Below, in pieces: positions 9,061 through 19,700 of a stretch of DNA of 64,000 nucleotides; position 1 is the first letter of the stretch; the number at the start of each line of letters is the position of its first letter. Below the pieces are notes generated by a model. It saw only the letters and a program-made list of their open reading frames with translations. It had not been told where the DNA came from and did no database searches. This stretch comes from Trueperaceae bacterium (GTDB lineage: Bacteria; Deinococcota; Deinococci; Deinococcales; Trueperaceae), in the NCBI GenBank assembly GCA_965213925.1, contig OZ243927.1, forward strand, positions 3,424,001-3,488,000. The letters are read 5' to 3'. The translations under genes were made by a program, and so were the position numbers.

Positions 9061-11970
9061 ATGGGTAGAGAAGTTTTTCGTTTCCACATCGTCAGACCAC
9101 CAGACGAAAATTTTTTAGAGAAGTTGGGTATTCTCCTCAACCCTGAGGATAGAGAAACTCCTTCTATGAGAGAACTTAGAGAGGCGAAAACACGCGAGGA
9201 GGCGGAACGAGCTGCCACGCGCAACAAAGCTTCAGACGAGTATCTAGACCCTGAGGACGTGCCCGACAATTACAAAACGTTAGCCGAGTGGCAAAAGCAA
9301 AATCCCCACGCACCTCAGGAGCAGGTAGCTAAGGAGGCAAGCATCATCCTCGAGCGCGACCCGCAAGAGGTTGTGGCTAGCGAGGCCTTCCAGTCTCTCC
9401 TCGCTAGGGGAGCAGCTAGCGAAGCCAGCGATTTAATACTAGGTGAACAAGGTTCATCGAAGCAGGCCGTAAAGTATCTACTTGCCGTCAGTAAAGCAGC
9501 TGGCAAGCGTCCCGTCCTCCCCCTCAATCTTAAGTTTGCACCAGGTCCACAGAGCAACACAATGTCTGAGCCTGAGACTTCTAAAATAGATTCGCCGGTC
9601 CCAAGCTTGGTTCAGCTTCAGGCATTGAAGCGGCGTCTGATAAGCTTAAGCCCGTCTAGCCCAACACTCACACTTCAGCAGCAAAGATTCATGCAAGATG
9701 TAAGCCTCCCTCAAGACGACACGACCGGAGATAGTCCCGGCAGAGCAGAACCTCCGCAGCCTGTAGTTATCAGTGACGTCTCCCTCAAGGAGACTGAGGT
9801 CAGCCAACTAAAATCTCTTCAGCTCAGCGCTGACGCATCCATTTCAGAGGCAGTGAATGAACTCGATAGGCAAATGCTGCTTAAGGCCGAGGTCTCAGTA
9901 GCTCCCGCGAGTGCACCTGTGGTCCGGAGTGGGATGCTTGTGATGAGTGCGACCGCATCTGCTGGTGGACCGCAAGCGCTCACTGAATTCAAGGGGGGCT
10001 ACGTTCAAGGGTTTAAGGTCTCTGACCTCGAGGTAGCGGAGCGTGACCTAAAGAGATACGAAGCAGGAGAGATTGCTCACATCGAGAACGCCCTTATGGG
10101 CGAGCGCCGGGTGAGGGAGCATATTAGAAATACGCTACGCGAGGACGTCACCTTTGTGGAGACAAGTATCCTTGAGGCTACAGAGGAGGAACTCCAGACA
10201 GAGGAGAGATTTGGTTTAACGAGAGAAGCGCGTAACGTGCAGCGCTCAGAGGTCGAGAAGCGTGCCGGCTTAAAGCTGGATGCGAGCTACGGACCCTCGG
10301 TAAACGTAGAGACCTACGCTGACTTTTCCTTAACCACGTTTAGTGAGTCTGTCAGCACGACCGCTAGCGAATACGCGAAGACGGTGTCCAGCTTGGCAAC
10401 TGCCCGGATACAGCGTACCTTTAGGGAGCAGCGCCTTACCCGCCGAGTGGAGTCGGTCGAGGAGACAAACTCTCACGAGATTGACAACCGGAACGCTGAC
10501 GGTCACACTGTCGGAATCTACCGCTATGTCGATAAGGTTTACAGCGTCCAGGTTCGTAACTATGGTGTTAGGCTAATGCTCGAGTTTGTCCTTCCTGAGC
10601 CAGGAGCTAATCTCCTGAGGATTGCTAGCCAACCCGTCGGTCAGGTGCTGGTTTTGGACAAGCCGGAGCCGCCGAGGGTGAATGGTAAACCTCTCGAACT
10701 ATCCGATATTGATCCAAATAACGATCTGTGGCGCGTCGTCGCGGCCCGGTATGGTGCCGCGGTCGAACCGCTTCCCGAGAAAAAGGTAGTCTCCCTGACG
10801 CTTAAGTTCGACGAGAAGCCTAACCTCGAGAGAGACGAGGTGAGCCGCCGCGTCGACTCGAATACGGACGAGATCCGGAGCGTTCAGGTCGTTTGGGACG
10901 AGGGCATACTCAAGGTTCCGGATGGTTACGAGGCGCTTAGGGTCTGGGGCACCTCCCTAGGTTTCAACACGACCATAGCTGTATCTTTCGACAAGCATAG
11001 AGCTGAGATAGTTGGGGCAAAACAGCATGTGAAAGTTTATGGTTCAGATTACGTCCGCACCGGCCAAATGCTGGGTGGCTTCAAAGTGCGGGCCGGGATG
11101 GGCCGGGCTGTTGACCTTATAGAGCGCTACGGTGCAGGCGGTGACCTGTACGTTTCGGCTATTTCGTTAGAGACAGAGGAACACAATTATCTCTCCATGG
11201 TAGGTTTCGTCGCCGCCGCTCATGGTCCCCTGGTCATCGAGGCTCTCTGCACACCTACGGAGGAAAGCTGGAACACCTGGCGTTACGAGGTATATACCGC
11301 CATCATGGAGGCGTACAGACAGCAGCAGGCAGCCTACCTAGAAGCGCTGGCTGCCGAAGAGGTGGCGCAAGGGACGAGCATTGACGGGCGCAACCCTGCT
11401 ACTAATCGAGAAGTTGAGAGGGACGAGATCAAGCGGGGCGTGGTCACCTTATTGCGCGGCAGCAAGCCCGACACGGGCTCACTTGCCCAGGATGGCTTTA
11501 GCCCTGACGTCGCGAAGGCCGCTGCACACGGACCCCTCATCAGGTTTTTCGAGACGGCTTTTGAGTGGGAGCACATGGTCTTCGAGCTAGCGCCCTACTT
11601 CTGGGCGAACCCGGATCGTTGGGACCAACTTCTCAAAGCCGACGATCCTGACCCAGAACATAGAAGGTTTCTTCAAGCGGGCTCAGCGCACGTCACCCTC
11701 CCGGTCAGACCTGGGCACGAGTTCTACGCCGCTGCGGCTGTCAGCTTGCTACAGATGACTGGAGGCTCACTTAAGCCTGAGCTATTTACTTCCGAATTAC
11801 CTAACGTCATCCTTCGCGAGTTGTTGGTCGCATCCTTGGAGGCTTCTATCCTCAGAAAGCAGAGGCAAACCGAAGGTCCCGTCGATGTAGGAAAGCCCTT
11901 CGAGGTGACCGTACCAACAAACCTGGTTATCTTGCAGGAGGGCTCGGACCTAAACGAGGCTAAGACGTGA
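9061..11970 (+). CDS. Large uncharacterised protein (~970 aa)
   Basis: Long ORF; blocks YEAGEIAHIENALMGE, GIYRYVDKVY..QVRNYG.RLMLEF..PEPG and FFETAFEW...PYFW; no function assignable. Confidence 0.75.
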   Translation: MGREVFRFHIVRPPDENFLEKLGILLNPEDRETPSMRELREAKTREEAERAATRNKASDEYLDPEDVPDNYKTLAEWQKQNPHAPQEQVAKEASIILERDPQEVVASEAFQSLLARGAASEASDLILGEQGSSKQAVKYLLAVSKAAGKRPVLPLNLKFAPGPQSNTMSEPETSKIDSPVPSLVQLQALKRRLISLSPSSPTLTLQQQRFMQDVSLPQDDTTGDSPGRAEPPQPVVISDVSLKETEVSQLKSLQLSADASISEAVNELDRQMLLKAEVSVAPASAPVVRSGMLVMSATASAGGPQALTEFKGGYVQGFKVSDLEVAERDLKRYEAGEIAHIENALMGERRVREHIRNTLREDVTFVETSILEATEEELQTEERFGLTREARNVQRSEVEKRAGLKLDASYGPSVNVETYADFSLTTFSESVSTTASEYAKTVSSLATARIQRTFREQRLTRRVESVEETNSHEIDNRNADGHTVGIYRYVDKVYSVQVRNYGVRLMLEFVLPEPGANLLRIASQPVGQVLVLDKPEPPRVNGKPLELSDIDPNNDLWRVVAARYGAAVEPLPEKKVVSLTLKFDEKPNLERDEVSRRVDSNTDEIRSVQVVWDEGILKVPDGYEALRVWGTSLGFNTTIAVSFDKHRAEIVGAKQHVKVYGSDYVRTGQMLGGFKVRAGMGRAVDLIERYGAGGDLYVSAISLETEEHNYLSMVGFVAAAHGPLVIEALCTPTEESWNTWRYEVYTAIMEAYRQQQAAYLEALAAEEVAQGTSIDGRNPATNREVERDEIKRGVVTLLRGSKPDTGSLAQDGFSPDVAKAAAHGPLIRFFETAFEWEHMVFELAPYFWANPDRWDQLLKADDPDPEHRRFLQAGSAHVTLPVRPGHEFYAAAAVSLLQMTGGSLKPELFTSELPNVILRELLVASLEASILRKQRQTEGPVDVGKPFEVTVPTNLVILQEGSDLNEAKT

Positions 11971-13493
11971 GCCTGCAAAGCAGCCGCGGGCTTCCCAAAA
12001 AGCGCCGAGGAGGACATCGTCTGAAGGATATCGCTAATATCGCCTTCGGTGGTGGCGGCGCAAAAGGCGTTGCCCACGTAGGGGCGCTCGCTGGACTGGA
12101 GAAAGCGGGTGTGCTTATTTACGGAGACTATAGCTACCGTGAGGGTCACCTTCTCAAACGCCTTAGTAGACTCGTACCGGGGACAATCGGACTCTCGGGC
12201 ACAAGCATCGGTTCGCTCATTGCCGCGCTCACTGCATCGGGTTACACCTCAGCAGAGTTGAAGGCTAAGCTGCTCGACAGCAACGCAATGCTTAAAGCTG
12301 TAGTGAACTTCCAAAGTGCTGCTAGCGCGGGTATACCTACATTGGATCAGAACTTCGCCTACGATCACAAGCCTGCTAAGCGGGAGGGCGCGATATGGGG
12401 TGTTAAAAAATCAGCGCCTCTGACTGTCGATACCCGTAGGCAATACATACGGAAAGGAGGCTGGGTCTTTTTTGGCACACGAGGCAAAGTGGTAGCTAGG
12501 AACGTTGGCTTCTTCGCCCTTAGGTATGCCGTGGAGTCGGAAATACATGATGTGTTAGCTGAACTCTTCCGTGAGAGCTCGCGGCGCGCGCCAAGGGGCG
12601 GTGCGAACGGACTATCTACCTTAGATAAGAACAGGTTGCAAAAACTTGCAGGTGACGCTATACCTGAAACAGTTTATAGATACCTCGGTTTCTTTAAGGG
12701 GCAATCTTTAGTACAACTCGTGAGTCAGCTCATCTATTCAAAGCTGAGGCCTGGTGAGCGTGAGCTGATTCATGAGGACAACCGTATGTATTTCGGAGTA
12801 AAACGGATTGAGGACTTATCAGAAGCCCAGCGAATGAGGGTGTCGTTCGCCCGCCATAAAGAGTGCTTTGGCATCAACCTGAGACTCACCGGGGCCAACC
12901 TCGAGACACAAATGAGCCACGTGTTTAGCGCCCGCACTACTCCTACGATGGCAGTAGCGGACGCCGTACGCATCTCGGCGAGCTTCCCACTCCTATTTAG
13001 ACCGACTCTTATCTCCTTTGAGAAAGCCGAAAAGATGTCTGAGGCAGAGTCTTGGGCGCTGAGCCCCGAAGAGCTTACGGGCATATGGATCGACGGCGGC
13101 ATATACAATAACGTACCTTGGGACGTGTTCGACACCGGCTTAACTCTTGGCTTAGCGCTGGGTGCAACGCCTGAGGAGAAGCGTAGTCCCGCCTGGCAAA
13201 CTGTCCATGACCCGTTCTCTTACCCACCTTTTGAAGAGGATGAAGAGGACCGCCTCAACGCACTACTAGAAACCTATGCGCACAGCAAACTCCTGGACGA
13301 TACGTCGCGGCTCAACAATAGTTACGGTAACGTTAAGTATAGTCGGATTCGCTTAGACGCAACTCCCATTGATACACTCGATATAGCGGGGTATCACAAC
13401 CTCCCACTCCGAGAGCGAACGGCTTTGCTGAATCGCAACCAGACTATTGTTTCGTCACACCTAAAAAAATTTACCTCTGTCGCCCAGCGGTAA
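11967..13493 (+). CDS. Patatin-like phospholipase
   Basis: GGGGAKG glycine loop, GTSIG nucleophile, WIDGG; GTGA overlap with the upstream gene. Confidence 0.88.
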   Translation: MSLQSSRGLPKKRRGGHRLKDIANIAFGGGGAKGVAHVGALAGLEKAGVLIYGDYSYREGHLLKRLSRLVPGTIGLSGTSIGSLIAALTASGYTSAELKAKLLDSNAMLKAVVNFQSAASAGIPTLDQNFAYDHKPAKREGAIWGVKKSAPLTVDTRRQYIRKGGWVFFGTRGKVVARNVGFFALRYAVESEIHDVLAELFRESSRRAPRGGANGLSTLDKNRLQKLAGDAIPETVYRYLGFFKGQSLVQLVSQLIYSKLRPGERELIHEDNRMYFGVKRIEDLSEAQRMRVSFARHKECFGINLRLTGANLETQMSHVFSARTTPTMAVADAVRISASFPLLFRPTLISFEKAEKMSEAESWALSPEELTGIWIDGGIYNNVPWDVFDTGLTLGLALGATPEEKRSPAWQTVHDPFSYPPFEEDEEDRLNALLETYAHSKLLDDTSRLNNSYGNVKYSRIRLDATPIDTLDIAGYHNLPLRERTALLNRNQTIVSSHLKKFTSVAQR

Positions 13494-13614
13494 AGTGCAG
13501 GTCATAGTTCCTAGCAGGTCCATATATCGACGGGAGCGACCTCGGCTACCAATTCTGTAGCTAGATATCGTCGATGTATGGGTAGTTTACGGGTCTTTCG
13601 CACCTTGAGCGTTA

Positions 13615-13640
13615 GGTCGGAGTTGCGCGCGTCCAACGCA
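13615..13640. repeat. GCGCGC-core dyad site 4
   Basis: ggtc-ggag-tt-GCGCGC-gt-ccaa-cgca; accessory dyad from 13580. Confidence 0.75.
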
Positions 13641-13681
13641 TAAAAATATTTTCGAGTAGAGGTTTATCCTACCGTTCAACT

Positions 13682-14110
13682 TTAGTATGGAGGATGTTCT
13701 CCAATACTGCTGAGTACCACACGTAGATTTACCAATCCCGCACGATTAAGTCTAAGCTTCGCCACGGTCGCACGCCCTGTTGATGTCGTGCCGACTATGA
13801 GGCTGTAGTTGTCGCTCCACACGAAGTGCCGAGACCGCTCATCACGGCGGGGGTGAAATAGAGGCACCCGCTTACCGCTAGCGGGGTCAACTGCATCTAC
13901 GGCAGTGTACTTGTGACTGTTGCAGCCCTGGCAGGCAAGCGCCAAGTTGTCAGATTCGTTACTGCCACCTTGAGTGAGTGGGATGATGTGTTCGACCGAG
14001 AAGGGGTCGGGGGAAAAGCGCAGTTGACTCAGGCAATATTCGCAGCAGCTCTGGGCGCGCTCGGCGACTGATTGCTTTAGGGCTGCCGACAGCGTTGTTC
14101 GCGTACTCAA
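13682..14110 (-). CDS. HNH endonuclease
   Basis: CCEYC...SVEHIIP..GGS...NLALACQGCN. Confidence 0.9.
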   Translation of the reverse strand: MSTRTTLSAALKQSVAERAQSCCEYCLSQLRFSPDPFSVEHIIPLTQGGSNESDNLALACQGCNSHKYTAVDAVDPASGKRVPLFHPRRDERSRHFVWSDNYSLIVGTTSTGRATVAKLRLNRAGLVNLRVVLSSIGEHPPY

Positions 14111-14502
14111 AGGAAATTAGGTTGAGTAACGCCCACCTCTTGCATCAACGTCTCGAGCGGTACCTGCCGACGCTTAGCGAGTTCAGCGAGCACGCCCATG
14201 CGTTTGGCATTGGCCTGCTCGAGCCGCTCGCTTAGGGAGAGTAACTCTCGATGTTCTGCAGCGTCTAAGCTCGCCTCTCGCCGCAATTCTACGAGCTGAC
14301 GATAGCGCTCCCACTCGCGCTCGGAAAAGCCTAGCCCTAACCATTGCAGGAGCTGGCTTTCACTCACTTCCTGCAGTTCGCGGCGCTGGGCGAAGGACTC
14401 GAGGAGTTGCGCCGCGTAGTCCTCGGCGCTTACCCCTTGCTGCTGGGCTAGCTCGCGGAGCTGCGCTTCCGTGTGATGAGGCAAAGTAAGCGTAAGACTC
14501 AT
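14107..14502 (-). CDS. Small helical protein coupled to the HNH gene (putative antitoxin)
   Basis: RHH-like start MSLTLTLP..TEAQLRELAQQQGVSAEDYA; 4-bp overlap with the HNH gene. Confidence 0.65.
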   Translation of the reverse strand: MSLTLTLPHHTEAQLRELAQQQGVSAEDYAAQLLESFAQRRELQEVSESQLLQWLGLGFSEREWERYRQLVELRREASLDAAEHRELLSLSERLEQANAKRMGVLAELAKRRQVPLETLMQEVGVTQPNFL

Positions 14503-14609
14503 AGGTTAGTTAAAGAGTAGCACGTTCTGATGTGGGTTAAGGTGCAAAAGCTAAAGGGATAACTTCGACGATTTCTTTAAAGGCGTTCGCTACAGCGTTG
14601 AAAAGTTTG

Positions 14610-14635
14610 TACGTCAAACGCGCGCAACACGCGCC
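14610..14635. repeat. GCGCGC-core dyad site 5
   Basis: tacg-tcaa-ac-GCGCGC-aa-cacg-cgcc; accessory cgca at 14667-14670. Confidence 0.75.
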
Positions 14636-14980
14636 TAGTGGCTCATCCGCCAAATCCCGCACTTTCCGCATGATTAAATTTCATCTCTGACGCTAGGCGG
14701 TAAACGAGAACTTGACAACAAATCTCATAAATGCACTAAGGAGGGCTCTATAGGCTATATCACGTAGTCCGTTTGGTAGAACAAGTGCGCTGAGGCGCAC
14801 TCTGATACCTACACGCTATTCTAGCTCTACCTAAACTGCCGCCGCGCGCTTTACAGTTGGACTCAGGTGAAGTATAAGAGGTGTCAGGTGCACCCGAAGT
14901 TCCCTGCAGAGAGCTTGTTTCTAACCCAGCAGCCCGTTACACTCTCCATAACTCTATGTTGCATCAGAAAGGCGGCGCGC

Positions 14981-15838
14981 ATGATTCCAACTCAAGTTTT
15001 TGGTCGTAGTGAGCACAGGAGCACGCGTACGATCTTCGGTGCCGCCGCGCTCAGCGAGGTCACGCAAACCGACGCCGACAAGACGATGGAACTTGTGGTG
15101 CGCTACGGCGTCAACCACATTGACGTTGCAGCCAGCTACGGTGAGGCGGAGGTGCGCCTGGCGCCTTGGCTCGAGCAGCACCGCGAGGACATCTTCCTCG
15201 CCACCAAGACTGGTGCACGGGATTACGCGGCGGCAAGAGACGAGATCAGGCGCTCGCTCGAGCGGCTACGGGTAGACCACGTCGACCTGATCCAGCTTCA
15301 TAACCTCGTTGACCCCAAGGAATGGGAGACCGCGCTCGGACCAGGCGGAGCCTTAGAAGCCTGCATTGAGGCGCGCGACGAGGGGCTAGTGCGCTTTATC
15401 GGCGTGACGGGACACGGCGTCGAGGTCGCGGCGAGGCATAAAGCGAGCTTAGAACGCTTCGACTTCGACTCGGTCTTACTGCCCTACAGCTACATCATGA
15501 TGCAGAATTCTCGCTACGCCGCCGATTTTGAAGCGCTCGTGTCCCTGTGCGAGGCGCGGAGCGTGGCGGTGCAAACCATCAAAGCGGTGACGCGGGCACC
15601 GTGGGGCGACAAGACGCAGACGCGCGCAACCTGGTACGAGCCCTTGGAAGAACAAGCCGATATTGATACGACTGTGCATTGGGTGCTCGGGCGCGCCGGG
15701 TTTTTCCTCAACACCGTAGGCGATATTCAGGTTTTACCTAAGGTGCTGGACGCTGCAAGCCGCTTTGAGACAAGGCCAACTGACGTAGAGATGCAGGCGG
15801 TGGTGGAGAAGCAGAAGATGGAGCCGCTGTTCACCTGA
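14981..15838 (+). CDS. Aldo/keto reductase
   Basis: [46 protein letters not shown] 14981 with RBS. Confidence 0.9.
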   Translation: MIPTQVFGRSEHRSTRTIFGAAALSEVTQTDADKTMELVVRYGVNHIDVAASYGEAEVRLAPWLEQHREDIFLATKTGARDYAAARDEIRRSLERLRVDHVDLIQLHNLVDPKEWETALGPGGALEACIEARDEGLVRFIGVTGHGVEVAARHKASLERFDFDSVLLPYSYIMMQNSRYAADFEALVSLCEARSVAVQTIKAVTRAPWGDKTQTRATWYEPLEEQADIDTTVHWVLGRAGFFLNTVGDIQVLPKVLDAASRFETRPTDVEMQAVVEKQKMEPLFT

Positions 15839-15859
15839 GCCTATTTAGCCCACCGTTCT

Positions 15860-16030
15860 CCAGTTCGAGTCCCTGCCCGAAAGGGGATGGTTTGCATCCT
15901 GACTTGTGGCAGACCTTTTCTGCACAGTGTGTAACTGGCTAGCGATGCGGTGAAAGGTTTGGTCGATGAAGAGGATGCGGTGGAGATGACGCGTGAACTG
16001 GCAAAAAGGACGGGTAGTGGCTCAACACGA
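15860..16030 (+). pseudogene. Possible C-terminal relic of uronate isomerase
   Basis: Frameshifted pieces PAR..HPDLW..CNWLA..VKGLVDEEDAVEMTRELAKR resemble UxaC C-termini, from memory only. Confidence 0.3.
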
Positions 16031-16095
16031 ACTGTTAAGCTAAGGTTGGCAGTCTTAGGTGAGCCACCACCAAAGGACGTATAAGTTGTGAAGGG

Positions 16096-16539
16096 TTGAC
16101 GTTGAAATTTGTGGATGTACCTGCTAACAAGTCCGACAAGGTTCGCTTGACGCTTCCCGACATCTCGAGGCGGCTCAAAGCCGCGCTGTTGCAACTATCT
16201 GAATGTGACCTCGTGGTAGGCGTCGCGACAGGCGGTACGGTCTTGGCGAGCTTGGCGGCGTATGAACTCGCGCTACCGCTCAAACTCATCCGTATCAACT
16301 ACCGCGCCGAGGACAATACGCCGCAACGCGTGGAGCCGACGCTACTCCAACCTTTTGAGCTAAGGGGACAGCCGCGCGTATTGCTTGTAGACGACGTGAG
16401 CGTGACCGGCGCAACGTTTCGGGTAGCGACTGCTTTGCTCGGGGTTCGTGAGGTTACAACGTTAGCCCTCAAAGGTCGGGCGGACAGCGTGCTCTACCCC
16501 GAGGTGACGCGCTGTGTGTTGCTACCGTGGCGCGACTAG
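16096..16539 (+). CDS. Type I phosphoribosyltransferase-family protein
   Basis: VVGVATGG and the PRPP loop VLLVDDVSVTGAT. Confidence 0.8.
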   Translation: MTLKFVDVPANKSDKVRLTLPDISRRLKAALLQLSECDLVVGVATGGTVLASLAAYELALPLKLIRINYRAEDNTPQRVEPTLLQPFELRGQPRVLLVDDVSVTGATFRVATALLGVREVTTLALKGRADSVLYPEVTRCVLLPWRD

Positions 16540-16598
16540 AAATAGATATTAGGACTATCTTTAGGTGACCCTACAGGCCTTTCACATTGTAAGCGCTG

Positions 16599-16624
16599 TG
16601 CGTGTGATGCGCGCGTTCGTCGCA
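16599..16624. repeat. GCGCGC-core dyad site 6
   Basis: tgcg-tgtg-at-GCGCGC-gt-tcgt-cgca; accessory dyad from 16564. Confidence 0.85.
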
Positions 16625-16642
16625 CAAAGCCTAGAGCGCCAG

Positions 16643-17122
16643 TCAGCTCTTGTTAACCTGAGCACTCTCCTCCACGGCCTGTGCCATCAAGTTCAAGAAG
16701 CGCGTAATCACCTCTCGTTCCTGCTCGTCAAACGTCTCAGCAGTTTGGTTCAACTTGTCATAGAGCGTTAGCGGGCGCTCCATCCCCTCTGTGTCCTGCT
16801 CGACGTAGTGCATAAGCACCTTGCGACGGTCGCCCGGGTGGGACGCTCTCCTGGCGAACCCTCGAGCCTCAAGCCGGTCCAAGAGCCGCGTCACTGCGCC
16901 TGAACTGAGACCGACGCGCTCACCGACCTCCCTAGGCATGAGCGGGCCGTAAAGCCGCAGGTGCTCGGCGACCAGAATCTCGGTTAGCGTGAAGCCCACG
17001 TCCTCAGCGACCCGCGCACTAAGCGTTAGCAGCATCGCGTTGAGATGTTGAAACGAGGCTTGCATGTCCCCCTCCATACCTCTGCTTTGTGCAACCTCTT
17101 GATTTTGCAGCTTCTTACTCAT
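16643..17122 (-). CDS. MarR-family regulator
   Basis: LSSGAVTRLLDRLEARGFARR..HPGDRRKV. Confidence 0.88.
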   Translation of the reverse strand: MSKKLQNQEVAQSRGMEGDMQASFQHLNAMLLTLSARVAEDVGFTLTEILVAEHLRLYGPLMPREVGERVGLSSGAVTRLLDRLEARGFARRASHPGDRRKVLMHYVEQDTEGMERPLTLYDKLNQTAETFDEQEREVITRFLNLMAQAVEESAQVNKS

Positions 17123-17181
17123 ATAATCATTGTAGCGGATTACCCGGGTCTCCGCAAACTTTGGAGAAGGTAAGGAGCTTT

Positions 17182-18093
17182 ATGACAGGCATAACAGTAG
17201 GCACACAAAAATCGGTCACGACCTCCGTGCTCGAGCAGGTTTACCACGAGTGGGGCACGGGCGAGCGCTCAGTCCTCCTGCTCCACGGCTTCCCGGAAGA
17301 CGCCGCCGGCTGGGGAGAGGTCGGCGAGGCGCTCGCGAAAGCGGGTTTGCACATCTACGCGCCCTACCTTAGGGGCTACGGTCCGACACACTTTCTCAAA
17401 GGGGACACGCCCCGCAGCGGTCAGCTCGCCGCGCTGACGAGCGACGTGCTTGAGTTCGCCGAAGCGCTAGGCTTAGACACTTTCACCCTCGTCGGTCATG
17501 ACTGGGGTGCACGCGCAGCGCAAGTTGTAAGCGCGCTCTATCCTGAGCGGGTCGAGCACCTCGTCTCTTTCGCCGACTACGAACTCGCTTGGGACGAGAC
17601 GGGCTTCCCGCCGCCCGAGGTGCTGCACGCCCTCTGGTACCAGTGGGTGCTCCTATCTGACATGGGCGAGCCGCTGCTGCGGAGCGACGTTAAAGGCTTC
17701 TGCAAATATCTCTGGAAGGCTTGGTCACCCACCTGGGAGAGAAGTCAGGAGACGTTCGAGGCGGTTGCTACGTCGCTCGAGAACCCCGACTTCGTGGACG
17801 TCGTGCTGAGCGCCTACCGCCACGGGCGCGTCCCCGGTGCGGTAGGCGACCCTCGATACGATGAAATTGAGAAGGCGCTCTCTGAAGGTCCTGACATCAC
17901 CGTCCCGACCACGTTGCTCATCGGCAAAGACGACGCTATCGTCATGCCCTGGGAGGGTGACGAGCGCTACAAGGCACATTTCACGGGCGAGGTCAGTCGG
18001 CATCTGCTTGGAGATGTCGGGCACTTTCCGCACCGAGAAGACCCGGAGGCGGTGGTTAGGGCGGTGACGAAACGCCTTGGGGTGAACGCGTGA
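17182..18093 (+). CDS. Alpha/beta hydrolase (epoxide hydrolase-like)
   Basis: LLHGFPE, LVGHDWGA, VGHFPHRE; ATG 17182 with AAGGAG RBS. Confidence 0.9.
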   Translation: MTGITVGTQKSVTTSVLEQVYHEWGTGERSVLLLHGFPEDAAGWGEVGEALAKAGLHIYAPYLRGYGPTHFLKGDTPRSGQLAALTSDVLEFAEALGLDTFTLVGHDWGARAAQVVSALYPERVEHLVSFADYELAWDETGFPPPEVLHALWYQWVLLSDMGEPLLRSDVKGFCKYLWKAWSPTWERSQETFEAVATSLENPDFVDVVLSAYRHGRVPGAVGDPRYDEIEKALSEGPDITVPTTLLIGKDDAIVMPWEGDERYKAHFTGEVSRHLLGDVGHFPHREDPEAVVRAVTKRLGVNA

Positions 18094-18740
18094 GGCGAGC
18101 TGCCAAAGGTCACCCAAAGGAGGCGGGACGCTCCGAAGAAGCGAGGAGAAAGCCCTGGCGCTGGTACCACGCTCCACTGCTACACCTCAGCACCGAAGTG
18201 CTCAGCTACGGGCTGAGCAAACTGACCGAGCGTGTGACTGGAAACGACAGCACGAGAAAGGCGCAGGACGCCTTCTACGAAAACCTGACGCTGCCCGTGT
18301 TCGCCCCACCCGGACCTGCCTTCCCGGTCGTTTGGGCGCTTAACAATGCTGCCCGGACCGCAGGAATAGTGCACGTGCTTAATATGCCGAAAGAGACACC
18401 GGGTAGAAGCGATTACCTTGTCCTCCAGGGTGTTTCGCTCGTCAACTACGCGAGCTTCAACCCCCTCTACTTCGGGTTGCGCTCGCCGACTAACGGCGCG
18501 GTAACGACCCTGCTCGACGCCGGGCTCAATCTGGGCAGCTTGTATGTAGCGACCACCCAGCTCAGAGATGCTAAGACCGCCCTCTCCCTCTCGACCATCC
18601 TCCCTTGGCTCGGGCTCGCCTCGGCGGTGTCGGTGAGCGTCGCGCTGTGGAACGAGGACGCCTTCTACAAAACTCAGCCTTTAGTGAAAGACCCGCAGGG
18701 CTGGACAAAAGGAGCAACGTGTGACGAAGATCGTCGCTGA
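18090..18740 (+). CDS. TspO/MBR-family membrane protein
   Basis: FYENLTLPVFAPPGPAFPVVW, YFGLRSP, LPWLGLA pattern. Confidence 0.75.
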   Translation: MRRAAKGHPKEAGRSEEARRKPWRWYHAPLLHLSTEVLSYGLSKLTERVTGNDSTRKAQDAFYENLTLPVFAPPGPAFPVVWALNNAARTAGIVHVLNMPKETPGRSDYLVLQGVSLVNYASFNPLYFGLRSPTNGAVTTLLDAGLNLGSLYVATTQLRDAKTALSLSTILPWLGLASAVSVSVALWNEDAFYKTQPLVKDPQGWTKGATCDEDRR

Positions 18741-19692
18741 AAACCTCGTCAAGCGCTACGGCAGCTTCACTGCAGTGAATGGCGTTTCCCTAACAATTGA
18801 GCCAGGTGAGGTGTTTGGCTTCCTCGGACCTAACGGCGCGGGCAAAAGCACGACCGTGGCAATGCTCACTACGCTCAGCGTGCCGACGGAAGGGCGCGCC
18901 AAGGTCGGCGGCTACGACATAGCTAAAGAGGCAGCGCAGGTGCGCCGAGTGAGCGGCGTGGCGCTCCAAGAGATCGGGCTGGACCCGCTCATGACGCCGC
19001 GCGAGCTATTGGAGTTGCAGGCGAGCCTGTTCGGGCTGTCTCAGCGCGATACGAAGGCGCGGGCTAGGGAGCTGCTCGAGGTCGTCGGGCTCGCGGAGGT
19101 TACGGATAAGCAGTGCAGCAAGTTCAGCGGCGGGATGCGGCGGCGGCTCGATCTGGCGCTGGCGCTTGTCCACGAGCCCGACATCCTGTTCCTCGACGAA
19201 CCCACGACAGGCTTAGACCCCGCCAGCCGCCGCGACGTGTGGCGCGAGGTCAAGCGCCTCAACCGGGAGCGCGGCATGACCATCTTCCTCACCACGCAGT
19301 ACCTGGAGGAGGCGGACGAGCTGGCTGAGCGCGTCGCCATCATCAGCGCGGGTCAGATTGCCGTTGAAGGCACACCCGCCCAGCTCAAGGCTGAACTCGG
19401 CGGGGAGTCCATCAACCTCGAGTTCGCCGACGAAGACGCGCCGAAGCGTGCTCACAGCGCGTTAGAAGCGCTTACGCACAACGCCGTGCTCGACAGAAAG
19501 GTGCTGAGGCTCTACCTGCCGAACGCCGCCGGAGCCGTTGCTGAGGTCGTGACGGAGCTGAACAGTAGCGGGCTCGCCCCCCAATCGCTCACGCTAACTC
19601 AACCCAGCCTCGACGACGTGTTCCTACAGGTTACCGGACAACGTTTCGAGAACGAAGTCCCTGCAAATGACTCACCCGCGAAAGCCGCTTAG
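18721..19692 (+). CDS. ABC exporter ATP-binding subunit (DrrA-like)
   Basis: GPNGAGKST, FSGGMRRRL, LFLDEPTTGLDP, TTQYLEEAD. Confidence 0.93.
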   Translation: MTKIVAENLVKRYGSFTAVNGVSLTIEPGEVFGFLGPNGAGKSTTVAMLTTLSVPTEGRAKVGGYDIAKEAAQVRRVSGVALQEIGLDPLMTPRELLELQASLFGLSQRDTKARARELLEVVGLAEVTDKQCSKFSGGMRRRLDLALALVHEPDILFLDEPTTGLDPASRRDVWREVKRLNRERGMTIFLTTQYLEEADELAERVAIISAGQIAVEGTPAQLKAELGGESINLEFADEDAPKRAHSALEALTHNAVLDRKVLRLYLPNAAGAVAEVVTELNSSGLAPQSLTLTQPSLDDVFLQVTGQRFENEVPANDSPAKAA

Positions 19693-19700
19693 GAGAAGCT

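Noticed and set aside
15858..15885. GTTCGAGTCC tRNA T-loop-like motif
   Set aside because: No pairing T-stem or cloverleaf around it.
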